A DNA stretch of 64,000 nucleotides from an uncultured Rikenellaceae bacterium (GTDB taxonomy: Bacteria > Bacteroidota > Bacteroidia > Bacteroidales > VadinHA17). Position numbers and translations under genes: made by a program. Where the stretch lies: the NCBI GenBank assembly GCA_963818525.1, contig CAWFSO010000001.1:85443-149442 (forward strand), given 5' to 3'. This document shows, one piece after another, positions 1-9,094 of this stretch (positions within the stretch are counted from its first letter, which is position 1; each line of letters opens with the position of its first letter). The notes beneath the pieces are model-generated. The model worked only from the letters and a program-made list of their open reading frames with translations, was not told the DNA's origin and ran no database searches.

Positions 1-132
1 GTACTCGAAACTGTTGCCGCTGCAATACCTGCTTGGAAGGAATTGATAGACATTAGTTTTTTGTCAGGAGGCATGAAGGATAAATATCTTGAGTTATTGA
101 ATACCAGGCTTAACAATTTGAAAATTCAATAA
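1..132 (+). CDS. 3' end of a probable HipA-domain (toxin/kinase) protein, truncated by the window edge
   Basis: Frame 1 is open to TAA at 130-132: VLETVAAAIPAWKELIDISFLSGGMKDKYLELLNTRLNNLKIQ*. The W..LI..SFLS..MK..Y..L...R tail resembles Bacteroidota HipA C-termini. Not in the ORF track. Confidence 0.5.
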   Translation, partial: VLETVAAAIPAWKELIDISFLSGGMKDKYLELLNTRLNNLKIQ

Positions 133-174
133 TTTCTTCAGGGCCGCTAAATGAACAGATAAATCAGAATAGTT

Positions 175-1134
175 ATGTCTTTTATCCCGAAATTTAAAGA
201 TATTGAGTCGGCCATGCAGCTGATCGCGCCGCATGTGCACCGTACTCCTGTGCTCACCTCCAGGCAGGTTGACGCCATCAGCGGTGCTCATCTCTTTTTC
301 AAGTGCGAGAACTTCCAGAAGGTGGGTGCCTTTAAGTTCAGGGGTGCCACCAATGCTGTCATGAGGCTGACGGACGAGCAGCGCGCCGCCGGCGTGGTGA
401 CGCACTCGTCGGGCAATCACGCCGCCGCCCTGGCGCATGCGGCTGTGTCGCGCGGAGTGAAGGCATATATCGTCATGCCCTCCTCGGCGCCCGAGGTAAA
501 GAAGAGGGCGGTGGCGGGTTACGGTGCTGAGATCACCTTCTGTGAGCCCACGCTGGCGGCGCGTGAGGCCGCCGCCGCCGGAGTGATTGAGCGCACCGGC
601 GCCACGATGATCCATCCCTATGACAACTTTTTCATCATCGCCGGTCAGGGGACGGCGGCGATGGAGATGCTTTCAGACATAAACAACGCTGATGCGGTCA
701 TCGCCCCCGTCGGCGGCGGCGGCCTCCTCAGCGGCACGGCCATCGCCACACGCTACCTTGCGCCCTCGGCGAAGATATACGGGGCCGAGCCGCTCCTCGC
801 TGATGATGCGGCCCGCTCACTGCACACGGGAGCCATACAACCCGCACTCCCGCCACGGACAATCGCGGACGGACTCCTGACATCGCTCTGCGAAAGGACA
901 TTCACCATCATACAGGCAAACGTTGATGATATACTCACCGTGACCGAAGAGCAGATAGTTGACGCCATGAGGCTGATGTGGGAGCGGATGAAGATAGTTG
1001 TTGAACCCTCATCAGCCGTGCCCCTGGCGGCGGTGCTTGCCAACAGGAACCTCTTCGAGGGCAAAAGGGTGGCTATTATTGTTTCCGGCGGGAATGCTGA
1101 CCTGTCGAAGCTTCCTTTCGGTCAATCCGCCTGA
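175..1134 (+). CDS. PLP-dependent threonine/serine dehydratase (serine racemase-like, fold type II)
   Basis: KCENFQKVGAFKFRGA (PLP lysine), SSGNHA, PVGGGGL, EPSSA and SGGN motifs; no regulatory ACT domain. Confidence 0.9.
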   Translation: MSFIPKFKDIESAMQLIAPHVHRTPVLTSRQVDAISGAHLFFKCENFQKVGAFKFRGATNAVMRLTDEQRAAGVVTHSSGNHAAALAHAAVSRGVKAYIVMPSSAPEVKKRAVAGYGAEITFCEPTLAAREAAAAGVIERTGATMIHPYDNFFIIAGQGTAAMEMLSDINNADAVIAPVGGGGLLSGTAIATRYLAPSAKIYGAEPLLADDAARSLHTGAIQPALPPRTIADGLLTSLCERTFTIIQANVDDILTVTEEQIVDAMRLMWERMKIVVEPSSAVPLAAVLANRNLFEGKRVAIIVSGGNADLSKLPFGQSA

Positions 1135-2263
1135 AATATGCAATGATCGGGTAGTGGTCCGAGTACCTGGCCTTGACGATGTCAAAGTCGTTGCAGTGGA
1201 ACTCCTCATTATACAGAATGTAATCTATCCTGTTGGGCGGGTACTTGCCCCTGTAGGTGAAGCCTGCGCCGTAACCCGCCTCCACGAACGCATCCTTCAG
1301 CCCGCGCCTCATAATGCGGTATGTGTACGATATGGGGGTGTCATTGAAGTCGCCCGTCACTATCACCGGGTAGGGCGATGTCTCGATATGCCTCCTCACC
1401 CTGTCTACCTGCAACGCCCTGCTGGCAAAACCCTGAGTCAGGCTCCGGTAAATACCCGTGATGTTTTCCATTGAACGCCCCTGATCCTCGTTTGTCAGCT
1501 CGCTCAGGAGTGTGCCCTCGACGCGCCGCAGGCGGAACGACTGCAGGTGGTTGTTGTATATCCGGAAGGTGTCTGCGTCAACGATGATATCGGTAAAGAT
1601 GGTCAGCGATGATGATCCCGGATGCACCACATCACCGCGGTAGAGGATGGGGTAGCGGGTGATGGTGGCTATGCCGTAATGACTCGATGACCCGCTTTTT
1701 ATCAGCTTGAAGTGGCTGTACAGCTTCCCGCCGAGGGCATCCTTCAGCTTCCTCTCACCGACAGCCGGTGCGCCCTTGACAAAATATTCCTGGAGGCACA
1801 GGATACCCGGGTCCTCCTTCTTCAGGAGCTGAAGCATCTTACTGTGGGTGTTCTTCTCACTCTCCTCATAGATGTTGAAGAGACGTATGTTATAACTCAT
1901 CAGCTTGAGGTCGTGATGCTCCTCGGTGCCATGGTTGGTGAACCTGATGAAGTTGTGAATGTAACCGAACCCGACGGCGATGGCAATGACTGAAAGAAGT
2001 ACATACCATCTCCTGAGCACCAGCCAGAAGAGCACCATCACAATGTTGGCAGCTGCGATATAGGGATAGGCAAGCCCGAAGAGTGCAGGCAGGGCCGTTG
2101 TGGCCGGATTGACATAGATGGAGAGGTATGCAAGCAGGAGGAAGAGGACAAGAACGATGTTCACTGCCAGCAGGATAAACAGCGAGAAACGCTTTATCCC
2201 GCTATCCTTTTTTCTGGCTCTCGCTGAAGAGGATCTCTTTTTCTTCCCTGGTAAGACTGTCAT
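1076..2263 (-). CDS. Endonuclease/exonuclease/phosphatase (EEP) family membrane protein
   Basis: N-terminal TM helices; SYNI, LCLQE, HLQS, GDFND, RIDYI and SDHYP motifs; usual position after the rhomboid pair. Start uncertain (ATG 2263 or a later GTG). The 3' end overlaps the convergent dehydratase by 59 nt. Confidence 0.85.
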   Translation of the reverse strand: MTVLPGKKKRSSSARARKKDSGIKRFSLFILLAVNIVLVLFLLLAYLSIYVNPATTALPALFGLAYPYIAAANIVMVLFWLVLRRWYVLLSVIAIAVGFGYIHNFIRFTNHGTEEHHDLKLMSYNIRLFNIYEESEKNTHSKMLQLLKKEDPGILCLQEYFVKGAPAVGERKLKDALGGKLYSHFKLIKSGSSSHYGIATITRYPILYRGDVVHPGSSSLTIFTDIIVDADTFRIYNNHLQSFRLRRVEGTLLSELTNEDQGRSMENITGIYRSLTQGFASRALQVDRVRRHIETSPYPVIVTGDFNDTPISYTYRIMRRGLKDAFVEAGYGAGFTYRGKYPPNRIDYILYNEEFHCNDFDIVKARYSDHYPIIAYFRRIDRKEASTGQHSRRKQ

Positions 2264-3116
2264 AACCTCCTTTTGAGATCTTGTCGAGTATATGGTCAAC
2301 GGCCTTCTGTCTTTCGGCCTTTATCTTGTTGTAGTCGTAATCGGTCTTTGCCTGCCGGGCATCAAAATCCGCTGCGGCCTTTTTGTAGGTCACCTTCAGC
2401 TTTTTTGCCGGCTTGAAGAGATTAACAAAGAAGTCTATGGTAGTGTTTAGCCAGGCGCCGATATCTTTTCCGTTCTTCAGCCCGTAACCATATGCCATTC
2501 CCATCAGCGCCCCCCCTATATGCGCTATCTTGCCTCCCGTGTTTACCGAAAAGTCGAAGACGGAGGTTATGAGGAAGGTGATGAGGGCAAGGTACTTAAG
2601 CTTCACCCTTCCGAAGAAGAGGAGATGCAACTCCATCTCGGGAAGATAGGTTGCTGTGGCTATCACGAGTGCCATCACCGAGGCCGAGGCTCCGAGGGCT
2701 ATGGAGACATGCACCATACCGGCAAAGGCCGGGAAGATGTTAAACACCGCAATGTAAAGCAATGCTCCTGCCAGGCCGCCCATTATATAGAGCGACACCA
2801 GCTTGCGCTGGTCGAGGTAGCTGAGGAATATCTTACCGAACCACCACAGCCACAGCAGGTTAAAAAGGAGGTGAATGAAGCCCTGGTGGGTGAACATATA
2901 GGTCAGCGGGGTCCACGGCTTTGATGCGAGAGCTCCCACGGATGCGGGGACGGAGAGGTAGGATATGACTGTCGGCGCCAGTTCCGGGCTGGCGGCGAGG
3001 ACGCCGATAACCTCAATGATCTTGATAAGGATGAAGATGGCGGCGTTGATGTACATCAGCCTTGTGAGGGCCGTGCCGTTTTTGAATGATCCCTTTATCT
3101 CATCCCAGATGCTCAT
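2202..3116 (-). CDS. Rhomboid family intramembrane serine protease with C-terminal soluble domain
   Basis: HLLFNL, GASA (catalytic Ser), AHIGG (catalytic His); C-terminal VDHILDKISKGGYDSLT tail typical of Bacteroidota rhomboids. Confidence 0.9.
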   Translation of the reverse strand: MSIWDEIKGSFKNGTALTRLMYINAAIFILIKIIEVIGVLAASPELAPTVISYLSVPASVGALASKPWTPLTYMFTHQGFIHLLFNLLWLWWFGKIFLSYLDQRKLVSLYIMGGLAGALLYIAVFNIFPAFAGMVHVSIALGASASVMALVIATATYLPEMELHLLFFGRVKLKYLALITFLITSVFDFSVNTGGKIAHIGGALMGMAYGYGLKNGKDIGAWLNTTIDFFVNLFKPAKKLKVTYKKAAADFDARQAKTDYDYNKIKAERQKAVDHILDKISKGGYDSLTREEKEILFSESQKKG

Positions 3117-3850
3117 CAGTAGAGTGTTTTTGTGGTCTTCCTCCAGTACCGTATGAGGATGTATCCAAAGATCATGCCGCCGAGGTGTGCAGCGTGTGCT
3201 ACGTTGCTCCCCGGGCTTGTTATGGCGAGGTAGAGCTCGATGGCGGCATATCCTATTACCACGTATTTTGCCTTTACGGGGACAGGCGGGAAGATGAACA
3301 TCAGCTGCGTATTGGGGAAGAGCATGCCGAAGGCCAGCAGCACACCGTAGACGGCTCCCGAGGCTCCAACGACAGGTACGTTGAGTATCGAGTTCAGTTT
3401 TCCCATCTGATCGTCGGCAAAGTTCCTGCCCTGGGTGATTGCCTCGCTGCCGCTGTCATAGACAAGCTGAAGCTGCTCAGGAGAGATGACCGCCATGACC
3501 TTTGTGTACTGAATATACTGCACCAGCTCAAAGAAGAAGGCTGCGCCGAGGCCTGTGATGAGGTAATACATCAGGAACCGCTTCGGGCCCCACACCTGTT
3601 CGAGCACCCGGCCGAACATCCAGAGGGCGAACATATTGAAGAGGAGATGGATAAAGCCGCCGTGCATGAACATATGTGTCACCACCTGCCATCCCCTGAA
3701 GAATTCGGATTTCGGGAAGTAAAGTCCCAGGATGCCGTTAAGATTGATTCCTGACATGAGCCTCAGGAGTTCTGCCAGGATTAACATGGCCACATTGATG
3801 ATAATGAGGTTCTTCACCACCGGGGGCATGCCTGCAAATATTCTGTTCAT
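3116..3850 (-). CDS. Rhomboid family intramembrane serine protease
   Basis: WQVVTHMFMHGGFIHLLFNM, GASGA, AHLGG. Confidence 0.92.
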   Translation of the reverse strand: MNRIFAGMPPVVKNLIIINVAMLILAELLRLMSGINLNGILGLYFPKSEFFRGWQVVTHMFMHGGFIHLLFNMFALWMFGRVLEQVWGPKRFLMYYLITGLGAAFFFELVQYIQYTKVMAVISPEQLQLVYDSGSEAITQGRNFADDQMGKLNSILNVPVVGASGAVYGVLLAFGMLFPNTQLMFIFPPVPVKAKYVVIGYAAIELYLAITSPGSNVAHAAHLGGMIFGYILIRYWRKTTKTLY

Positions 3851-3901
3851 ATTATGTAGTCTCGTTTTTCAGTCCGCAAATTTAGCCATTCTGTCCGAAA
3901 T

Positions 3902-5704
3902 TCAGCTGAATCTTCGGTCAAGCTCCTCAAGAGTGATGATATTCATCACCGTTTTGCCTGTTGGTGAGTAGTTTGGCATGGAGCAGGCGAAGAGCATGTC
4001 AAACAGTTCCTCCATCTCGGTATGCGTCAGAGGCATGCCATAGGGTATGGCTGATGCCTTTGCCATAGAGAGTGCTACCCGTTCACGGGCGCCGATGGAT
4101 GGGTCGCTCATCGTATGCCTGAATTCGGCTATCAGTGTCTCCAGCATCGCAAGCGGACTCGCATTGCGGCTGTCGGCAGGGTGGCCGGTGATGGTCACCA
4201 TGTTGTCATTACCCACCTTCACCTCAAACCCCAGCGTCTTCAGCTGGTCGCCTATCTCGCGGAGGATGACGATGTCGCCGGCATTGAGCTCTGCCTCCAC
4301 GGGGAAGAGCGACACCTGTGCCGGGCGGGGTCCGTCGCCCAGGGAGGCGAGATACTTTTCGTAAAGCACTCTCTCATGTGCCCTGCGCTGGTCTATCATC
4401 ATGATGCCCGAGATGACGGGGCACATTATGTACCTGTTTTTTACCTGGAAGAAGCGGCGCTGTCCTGTCGGGCTGTCGTTTCCCGCTCCCTGCTCGCTGC
4501 GGGCCGTGATGGTGAAGAGCGACTCCCATCCGCGGGGCGGGGTGTGTTCGCCCTCGTTTTTCCATTTTGTCTCCGGGCGCTGGTATTCGTTTGCATCGAA
4601 GGGATTGAATGTATGGTCAACCTCTATATGTGGCGCCGGGGGGGCGGGGGTGTTGCCCATGATGACGGGGATCTCCACCGCTCCCTCAGGACCGAAGTCG
4701 AGCGAGGGCACCACGTTGAACCGTCCCAGCGCCTCCCGTACCGAGGCCAGCATTATCTGCCACACCGAACGCTCATCCTCGAACTTGATCTCGGTCTTGG
4801 TGGGGTGGATGTTGACGTCAATGGCGGATGGATCGGCAGTCATGTAGAGGAAGTACGCCGGCACCGTGTCGGGCGGCAGGATACCCTGGTAGGCCTCGAG
4901 AACGGCACGGTGCAGGTAGGGATGCCTGATGAACCTGTTGTTGACGAAGAAGAACTGTTCTCCGGCTGAGCGGCGCGCGTTCTCGGGCTTGCCGGCGAAG
5001 CCGCTGATGGAGACAATCGTGGTGTTGGTCTCCACGGTGACCAGGTTCTGGTTGTAGTGCTTGCCGAAGAGTGAGACGATGCGTTGCCGGGTGCTGCCTG
5101 CCGGGAGGCGGTATATCTCCTGGTCGTTGTGTATGAGGGTGAACTTTATCTCCGGGTGTGCCAGCGTCACCCGCTGGAACTCCGTTATTATATGCCTGAA
5201 CTCGGTGTTGTCCGACTTGAGGAACTTGCGCCGGGCAGGGACGTTATAGAACAGGTTCTTAACGCTGAAGACCGATCCGGCGGCACATGAGCAGGGCTCC
5301 TGTTTTATCACCCTCGAGTTGTTTATCTCAACCAGGGTGCCGGCCTCATCCTCCTCCCGCCGGGTGCGCAGCTCGGTCATGGAGACGGCGGCGACGGAGG
5401 CGAGGGCTTCGCCGCGGAACCCCTTGGTGGTGATGGAGAAGAGGTCGTCGGCCGATGAGATCTTGGAGGTGGCGTGCCGCTCGAAGGCAAGACGGGCGTC
5501 TGTCTCGCTCATGCCGCTGCCGTTGTCTATCACCTGCACCAGCGTGCGGCCGGAGTCGCGTATAACCACGCTTATCTCCGTGGCGCCGGAGTCGACGGCA
5601 TTCTCGGTGAGCTCCTTGACGACGGAGGCGGGGCGCTGTATGACCTCGCCGGCTGCTATCTGGTTGGCAACGGAGTCGGGAAGGAGCTTGATAATATCAC
5701 TCAT
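3902..5704 (-). CDS. mutL: DNA mismatch repair protein MutL
   Basis: ANQIAAGEVIQRPASVVKEL, GFRGEALAS, DVNIHPTKTEIKF, C-terminal DQRRAHERVLYE. Confidence 0.97.
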   Translation of the reverse strand: MSDIIKLLPDSVANQIAAGEVIQRPASVVKELTENAVDSGATEISVVIRDSGRTLVQVIDNGSGMSETDARLAFERHATSKISSADDLFSITTKGFRGEALASVAAVSMTELRTRREEDEAGTLVEINNSRVIKQEPCSCAAGSVFSVKNLFYNVPARRKFLKSDNTEFRHIITEFQRVTLAHPEIKFTLIHNDQEIYRLPAGSTRQRIVSLFGKHYNQNLVTVETNTTIVSISGFAGKPENARRSAGEQFFFVNNRFIRHPYLHRAVLEAYQGILPPDTVPAYFLYMTADPSAIDVNIHPTKTEIKFEDERSVWQIMLASVREALGRFNVVPSLDFGPEGAVEIPVIMGNTPAPPAPHIEVDHTFNPFDANEYQRPETKWKNEGEHTPPRGWESLFTITARSEQGAGNDSPTGQRRFFQVKNRYIMCPVISGIMMIDQRRAHERVLYEKYLASLGDGPRPAQVSLFPVEAELNAGDIVILREIGDQLKTLGFEVKVGNDNMVTITGHPADSRNASPLAMLETLIAEFRHTMSDPSIGARERVALSMAKASAIPYGMPLTHTEMEELFDMLFACSMPNYSPTGKTVMNIITLEELDRRFS

Positions 5705-5713
5705 CGGCGGGGG

Positions 5714-6085
5714 TTAAAAGCGGAGGTAAAGATATACTGCCAGGATCATAATCATTGCGATCACAAGGATCCTGATCATGGTATATTTCTGAACCCGTTC
5801 CTGTTTTCTGTGGAAGTAGTTTTTCATGTCGCCCCGCATGATCCTCGACCTGTAGGGCTGTTTCTGGCCGGTCATGTAAGCCTGCTCTGAGCTGCGGGTT
5901 GTCTGCCCGCCGGTTTCTGCACCCTGGTCTCCGTCTATGTGCGATTGCTTCTCCCCATCCGGGGTATCCTGCCTTCTCCAGGCCCTGCGCCGCTCTTCCA
6001 TTTCCTCCTTCACCGGGTCATAATAACGCGGCACGTAGTTGAAGCCACGTGGTTTGTTTTGTTTGAAGAATCCCGGGATCGCCAT
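5714..6085 (-). CDS. Conserved hypothetical membrane protein commonly upstream of mutL in Bacteroidota
   Basis: FFKQNKPRGFNYVPRYYDP N-terminus, single C-terminal TM helix; 9 nt from the mutL start. Confidence 0.75.
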   Translation of the reverse strand: MAIPGFFKQNKPRGFNYVPRYYDPVKEEMEERRRAWRRQDTPDGEKQSHIDGDQGAETGGQTTRSSEQAYMTGQKQPYRSRIMRGDMKNYFHRKQERVQKYTMIRILVIAMIMILAVYLYLRF

Positions 6086-6098
6086 GACACAGTTTTTG

Positions 6099-6106
6099 CA
6101 AAAATA
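6099..6106 (-). promoter_or_regulatory. Putative Bacteroidota sigma-A -7 element for the hypothetical-mutL operon
   Basis: TATTTTTG on the minus strand (TAnnTTTG consensus), 13 nt upstream of the ATG at 6085. Confidence 0.5.
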
Positions 6107-6173
6107 CTAAGAAAAGACTGAATTCTGAATTCCCGGCGGTGCAACAGGAATTTTAGAATTGCTCTCTTTTTGT

Positions 6174-6181
6174 TACCTTTG
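6174..6181 (+). promoter_or_regulatory. Putative -7 promoter element for the flavodoxin-domain gene
   Basis: TACCTTTG matches TAnnTTTG, 26 nt upstream of ATG 6208. Confidence 0.45.
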
Positions 6182-6207
6182 GTATTCTTAAACCTGAGAC
6201 CTGAAAG

Positions 6208-6762
6208 ATGAAGATCCTGATCACCTTTGCCGGGAGTGCCGGGCCTTCAGCCGCTGTGGCTGAACGGATTGCCAGGGTGATGACAGGACTGGGTGCTCAG
6301 GTGGCGCTTCTTCCCATGAATGGTGTCTCCACTGTCAAGGGTTTTTCGGCCGTCATTGCCGGCAGCATGGGGCAGGGTGGCGGCTGGGTTCCGGAGGCGA
6401 TGGAGTTCGTCCGCAGGAACCAGGGACTTCTGAACAAGAAGCCGTTTGCCCTCTTCACCGTTATCCCTTCTCTGGCGTCGGAGAAAGGCGCTGAGTCGCG
6501 CATGGTGATCATGCAGTATACGGCTCATGTGCGGGGGATGGTTCACCCCGTGAGTGAGGGATTTTTCAGTGGCGATATTGAAAAGAAGAAGGAGGATCAT
6601 CCCGGCGACCGGTCGAAGTTCAAGCTGAGGATACTCCTTGGGCTGTTGAAGGAGGGTGATCACCGCAGCCATGCGGAGATAGAGACCTGGGCAGTGAAGC
6701 TCCATGAGAAGCTCATGAAGGTTGCCGGTAACGGGGCGAAGAGCCCGGTGCACGGACTTTAG
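6208..6762 (+). CDS. Flavodoxin-domain protein (HemG/Flavodoxin_5-like, divergent)
   Basis: MKILITFAGSAGPSAAVAERIA, VIAGS, EGDHRSHAEIETWA resemble the Flavodoxin_5 pattern; FMN-binding loop degenerate. Confidence 0.65.
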   Translation: MKILITFAGSAGPSAAVAERIARVMTGLGAQVALLPMNGVSTVKGFSAVIAGSMGQGGGWVPEAMEFVRRNQGLLNKKPFALFTVIPSLASEKGAESRMVIMQYTAHVRGMVHPVSEGFFSGDIEKKKEDHPGDRSKFKLRILLGLLKEGDHRSHAEIETWAVKLHEKLMKVAGNGAKSPVHGL

Positions 6763-6891
6763 AGCATAGCGTTTTGAACCCTGGGCCGAAGCCAGGGGGC
6801 TTATTCCGGCGGCACGGAGCCTTGAGCAAGGGCTCGTTACGGAGCATTGAGCCAGCAATCCGGGGTCCGGTTAAACCGGTAAATCACACAG

Positions 6892-7320
6892 TTACTTAAC
6901 CTTTACGTACTTCTCGGAAGTGTAGTTGCTTTTATCTATTTCACCCATCTCGTCGGCTGGCCACACCTGGATGAGAGTGTCATTTTTAACAACGATTCTC
7001 ATCCTTAATGTTTGTCCGACAAAATCATCTGTGCTGTGGTATCTGATTGTCTCTTTGTAGACTATTCCCTCGAGTGTATATGAACCACCGCCAAAGGCAT
7101 CCGTTACAACGGTGTCCTGTTTGTACTTTCCGGTAAACATCCAGTAGTTGTTGCACCACATTTTAACCTGGCTTCCCTGGTAGGTGCCCGGGAATGTAGC
7201 CACGGTTGTGTCGTTCGCCACCTGTTTGGCATAGATGAGGTCCCATGCACCGACGACAGGGTTAACCGGCTCCTGTTTGCATCCGGCAAGGATGATCAGG
7301 AGCAATGCGCTGAAAATCAT
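6892..7320 (-). CDS. Hypothetical lipoprotein (lipocalin-like beta fold)
   Basis: Lipobox LAGC, VGAWDL motif, GGGSYTL. A probable natural start at 7333 is out of frame across an A7 run. Confidence 0.7.
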   Translation of the reverse strand: MIFSALLLIILAGCKQEPVNPVVGAWDLIYAKQVANDTTVATFPGTYQGSQVKMWCNNYWMFTGKYKQDTVVTDAFGGGSYTLEGIVYKETIRYHSTDDFVGQTLRMRIVVKNDTLIQVWPADEMGEIDKSNYTSEKYVKVK

Positions 7321-7528
7321 AAGTTTTTTTCATAGGCAGGCTTTTTTGGGTTTATGGTAATAACCTTCTGATATGTAAATTTACGCTATCAGCCAAGGGA
7401 AGTCAAATTTTTCGTTGGCACCCGGGCGGTGCTGCTTTAATATTTCTGTACGGCCATCTGCAATGATTACGTTTTCAGGCTTTTTCGCCTGTTCCGGGTC
7501 AATCCGTTAAATTTTTTCAGCGGAACCA

Positions 7529-7559
7529 TTGACATTTTAAAAAAACCGTTTTAAATTTG
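7529..7559 (+). promoter_or_regulatory. Putative Bacteroidota promoter for the peptide-cluster operon
   Basis: TTG (7529-7531), 20 nt spacer, TAAATTTG (7552-7559), upstream of ATG 7587. Confidence 0.55.
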
Positions 7560-7586
7560 AGATGCTGCATTTCTAAATTTATTCAC

Positions 7587-7835
7587 ATGTCGTTGATCAA
7601 GTACATTGCAAGATTGCAACGGATGGATTCTCTTATTGCCATGAAGGCAACCGGTCCTCCTGAAGAATTCGCTTACAAGATGAACCTGAGCCGGAGTACT
7701 CTCTTTGAAACACTTCAGGAGATGAAAGGCATGGGTGTTGACATCAGGTACTCAAACCTTAGAGAGTCATACTATTACGCTGATGCCAGACGGATTGTAA
7801 TTAAGGTTGAGAAAGCTGGAGAGGTGGGTTCATAA
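7587..7835 (+). CDS. Small HTH DNA-binding protein of the Bacteroidota family often heading peptide/RiPP export clusters
   Basis: RLQRMDSLIAMKATGPPEEFAYKMNLSRSTLFETLQEMKGMGVDIRYS...SYYY; HTH pattern A-x-K-x-x-L-S-R-S-T-L. Confidence 0.75.
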   Translation: MSLIKYIARLQRMDSLIAMKATGPPEEFAYKMNLSRSTLFETLQEMKGMGVDIRYSNLRESYYYADARRIVIKVEKAGEVGS

Positions 7836-7916
7836 CCCGTTTCAATAAAAATGAGCCTGGCATTTTACTCAGTTCACTTGGTCATGGACCCAATTAAAAA
7901 GAAAAACAGTACTGTC

Positions 7917-8573
7917 ATGATTGAAAACTACTTGTCAATAAAAAGATGGAAGCTCTTTTCAGGCGTTGTATTTCTAAATCTGCTGATTATTTTTTTATCT
8001 CAAACGACTTTAATTAATGAGATTGTCTTCTTCAATACTTACAGTGAACAGCTAACGTACGACAGGTCTATGGAACTTTTTGCCAGGATGGAATCTTTTG
8101 CCTGGGTAAGCTATGTTTTTTTACCGGTTATGCTATTACTCAAATTCTTGGCTTTAAGTCTGCTAATTTACATTGGTGTATTTTTTAGCGACCTGCATAA
8201 AGAGATCACTCTTAGCAAAATCTTCACAGTTGTAATTGCCTGTGAATGTGTTTTTGTTGTAGCCTCACTCATGAAGTTGCTGTGGTTTATGTTCTTTGCC
8301 GGCAACTATACTCTTGATGATCTTAGTTTCTTTTATCCGCTCTCGTTAATTAACCTGTTCCGACGATCAGAGGTCGCATCGTATTGGATCTACCCGCTTC
8401 AGACAGTCAATATTTTTCAGTTTGCGTATATTTTAATGCTTGCTCTGGGATTATCAAAAGTTGGTTCAGTGAAAAGAGCTGTAGCAGACAAAGTCATATT
8501 GACCACTTATGTACCTGCTATAGCCGTCTGGATTGCTTTGATAATGTTTTTAACTATTGACACTGAGGTATGA
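7917..8573 (+). CDS. Five-TM (Yip1-like) membrane protein associated with bacteriocin-type clusters
   Basis: About five hydrophobic segments; FYPLSLINLF and YPLQTVNIFQFAY motifs; ATGA coupling to the next gene; start could be 7851, 7884 or 7917. Confidence 0.7.
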   Translation: MIENYLSIKRWKLFSGVVFLNLLIIFLSQTTLINEIVFFNTYSEQLTYDRSMELFARMESFAWVSYVFLPVMLLLKFLALSLLIYIGVFFSDLHKEITLSKIFTVVIACECVFVVASLMKLLWFMFFAGNYTLDDLSFFYPLSLINLFRRSEVASYWIYPLQTVNIFQFAYILMLALGLSKVGSVKRAVADKVILTTYVPAIAVWIALIMFLTIDTEV

Positions 8574-9094
8574 AGAAGCGAATAGGTAAATTAATTGTTG
8601 GTGCAACAACAGCCCTTATGGTTATTCTGATTGTTGGTACCCTGTTCAGAAAAGCAGAGGCGGAGGCGGCAGCTGAAAGAATCAGGTCTTTGCCGGATCT
8701 TGTTCTTGCTGATATCAATGGTAATGTTTTCAGGACTGATCAGATAACCTCCGGGCCGTTATTGATTACATATTTTCATCCGGAATGTGATCACTGCAGG
8801 TATGAAATAGCTTCGATCTTCAGCAGTGATTTGCTTGATAATGATTTGAGAATAATATTGGTGAGTTACGCAGACATCAGTCAGATAAAATTATTTATGG
8901 AGCAGTTTGATACGAGGGACTATCCCGTATTGAATGTACTTCATGATCCGGACCTTTTCTTTAGAGAGGTTTTCGGGACTGATGTTATCCCTTCAAACTT
9001 TATTTATAATAAGGATTTACAGTTGATGAAAGCCTTCCGGGGGGAGACTACTACAGAGACGATACTTAAATACCTGCAAAGCAGTGATAAATAG
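8570..9094 (+). CDS. Membrane-anchored thioredoxin-fold thiol-disulfide oxidoreductase (TlpA/redoxin-like)
   Basis: N-terminal TM anchor, YFHPECDHC (CxxC), cis-Pro motif VIPSNFIY. Confidence 0.85.
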   Translation: MKKRIGKLIVGATTALMVILIVGTLFRKAEAEAAAERIRSLPDLVLADINGNVFRTDQITSGPLLITYFHPECDHCRYEIASIFSSDLLDNDLRIILVSYADISQIKLFMEQFDTRDYPVLNVLHDPDLFFREVFGTDVIPSNFIYNKDLQLMKAFRGETTTETILKYLQSSDK

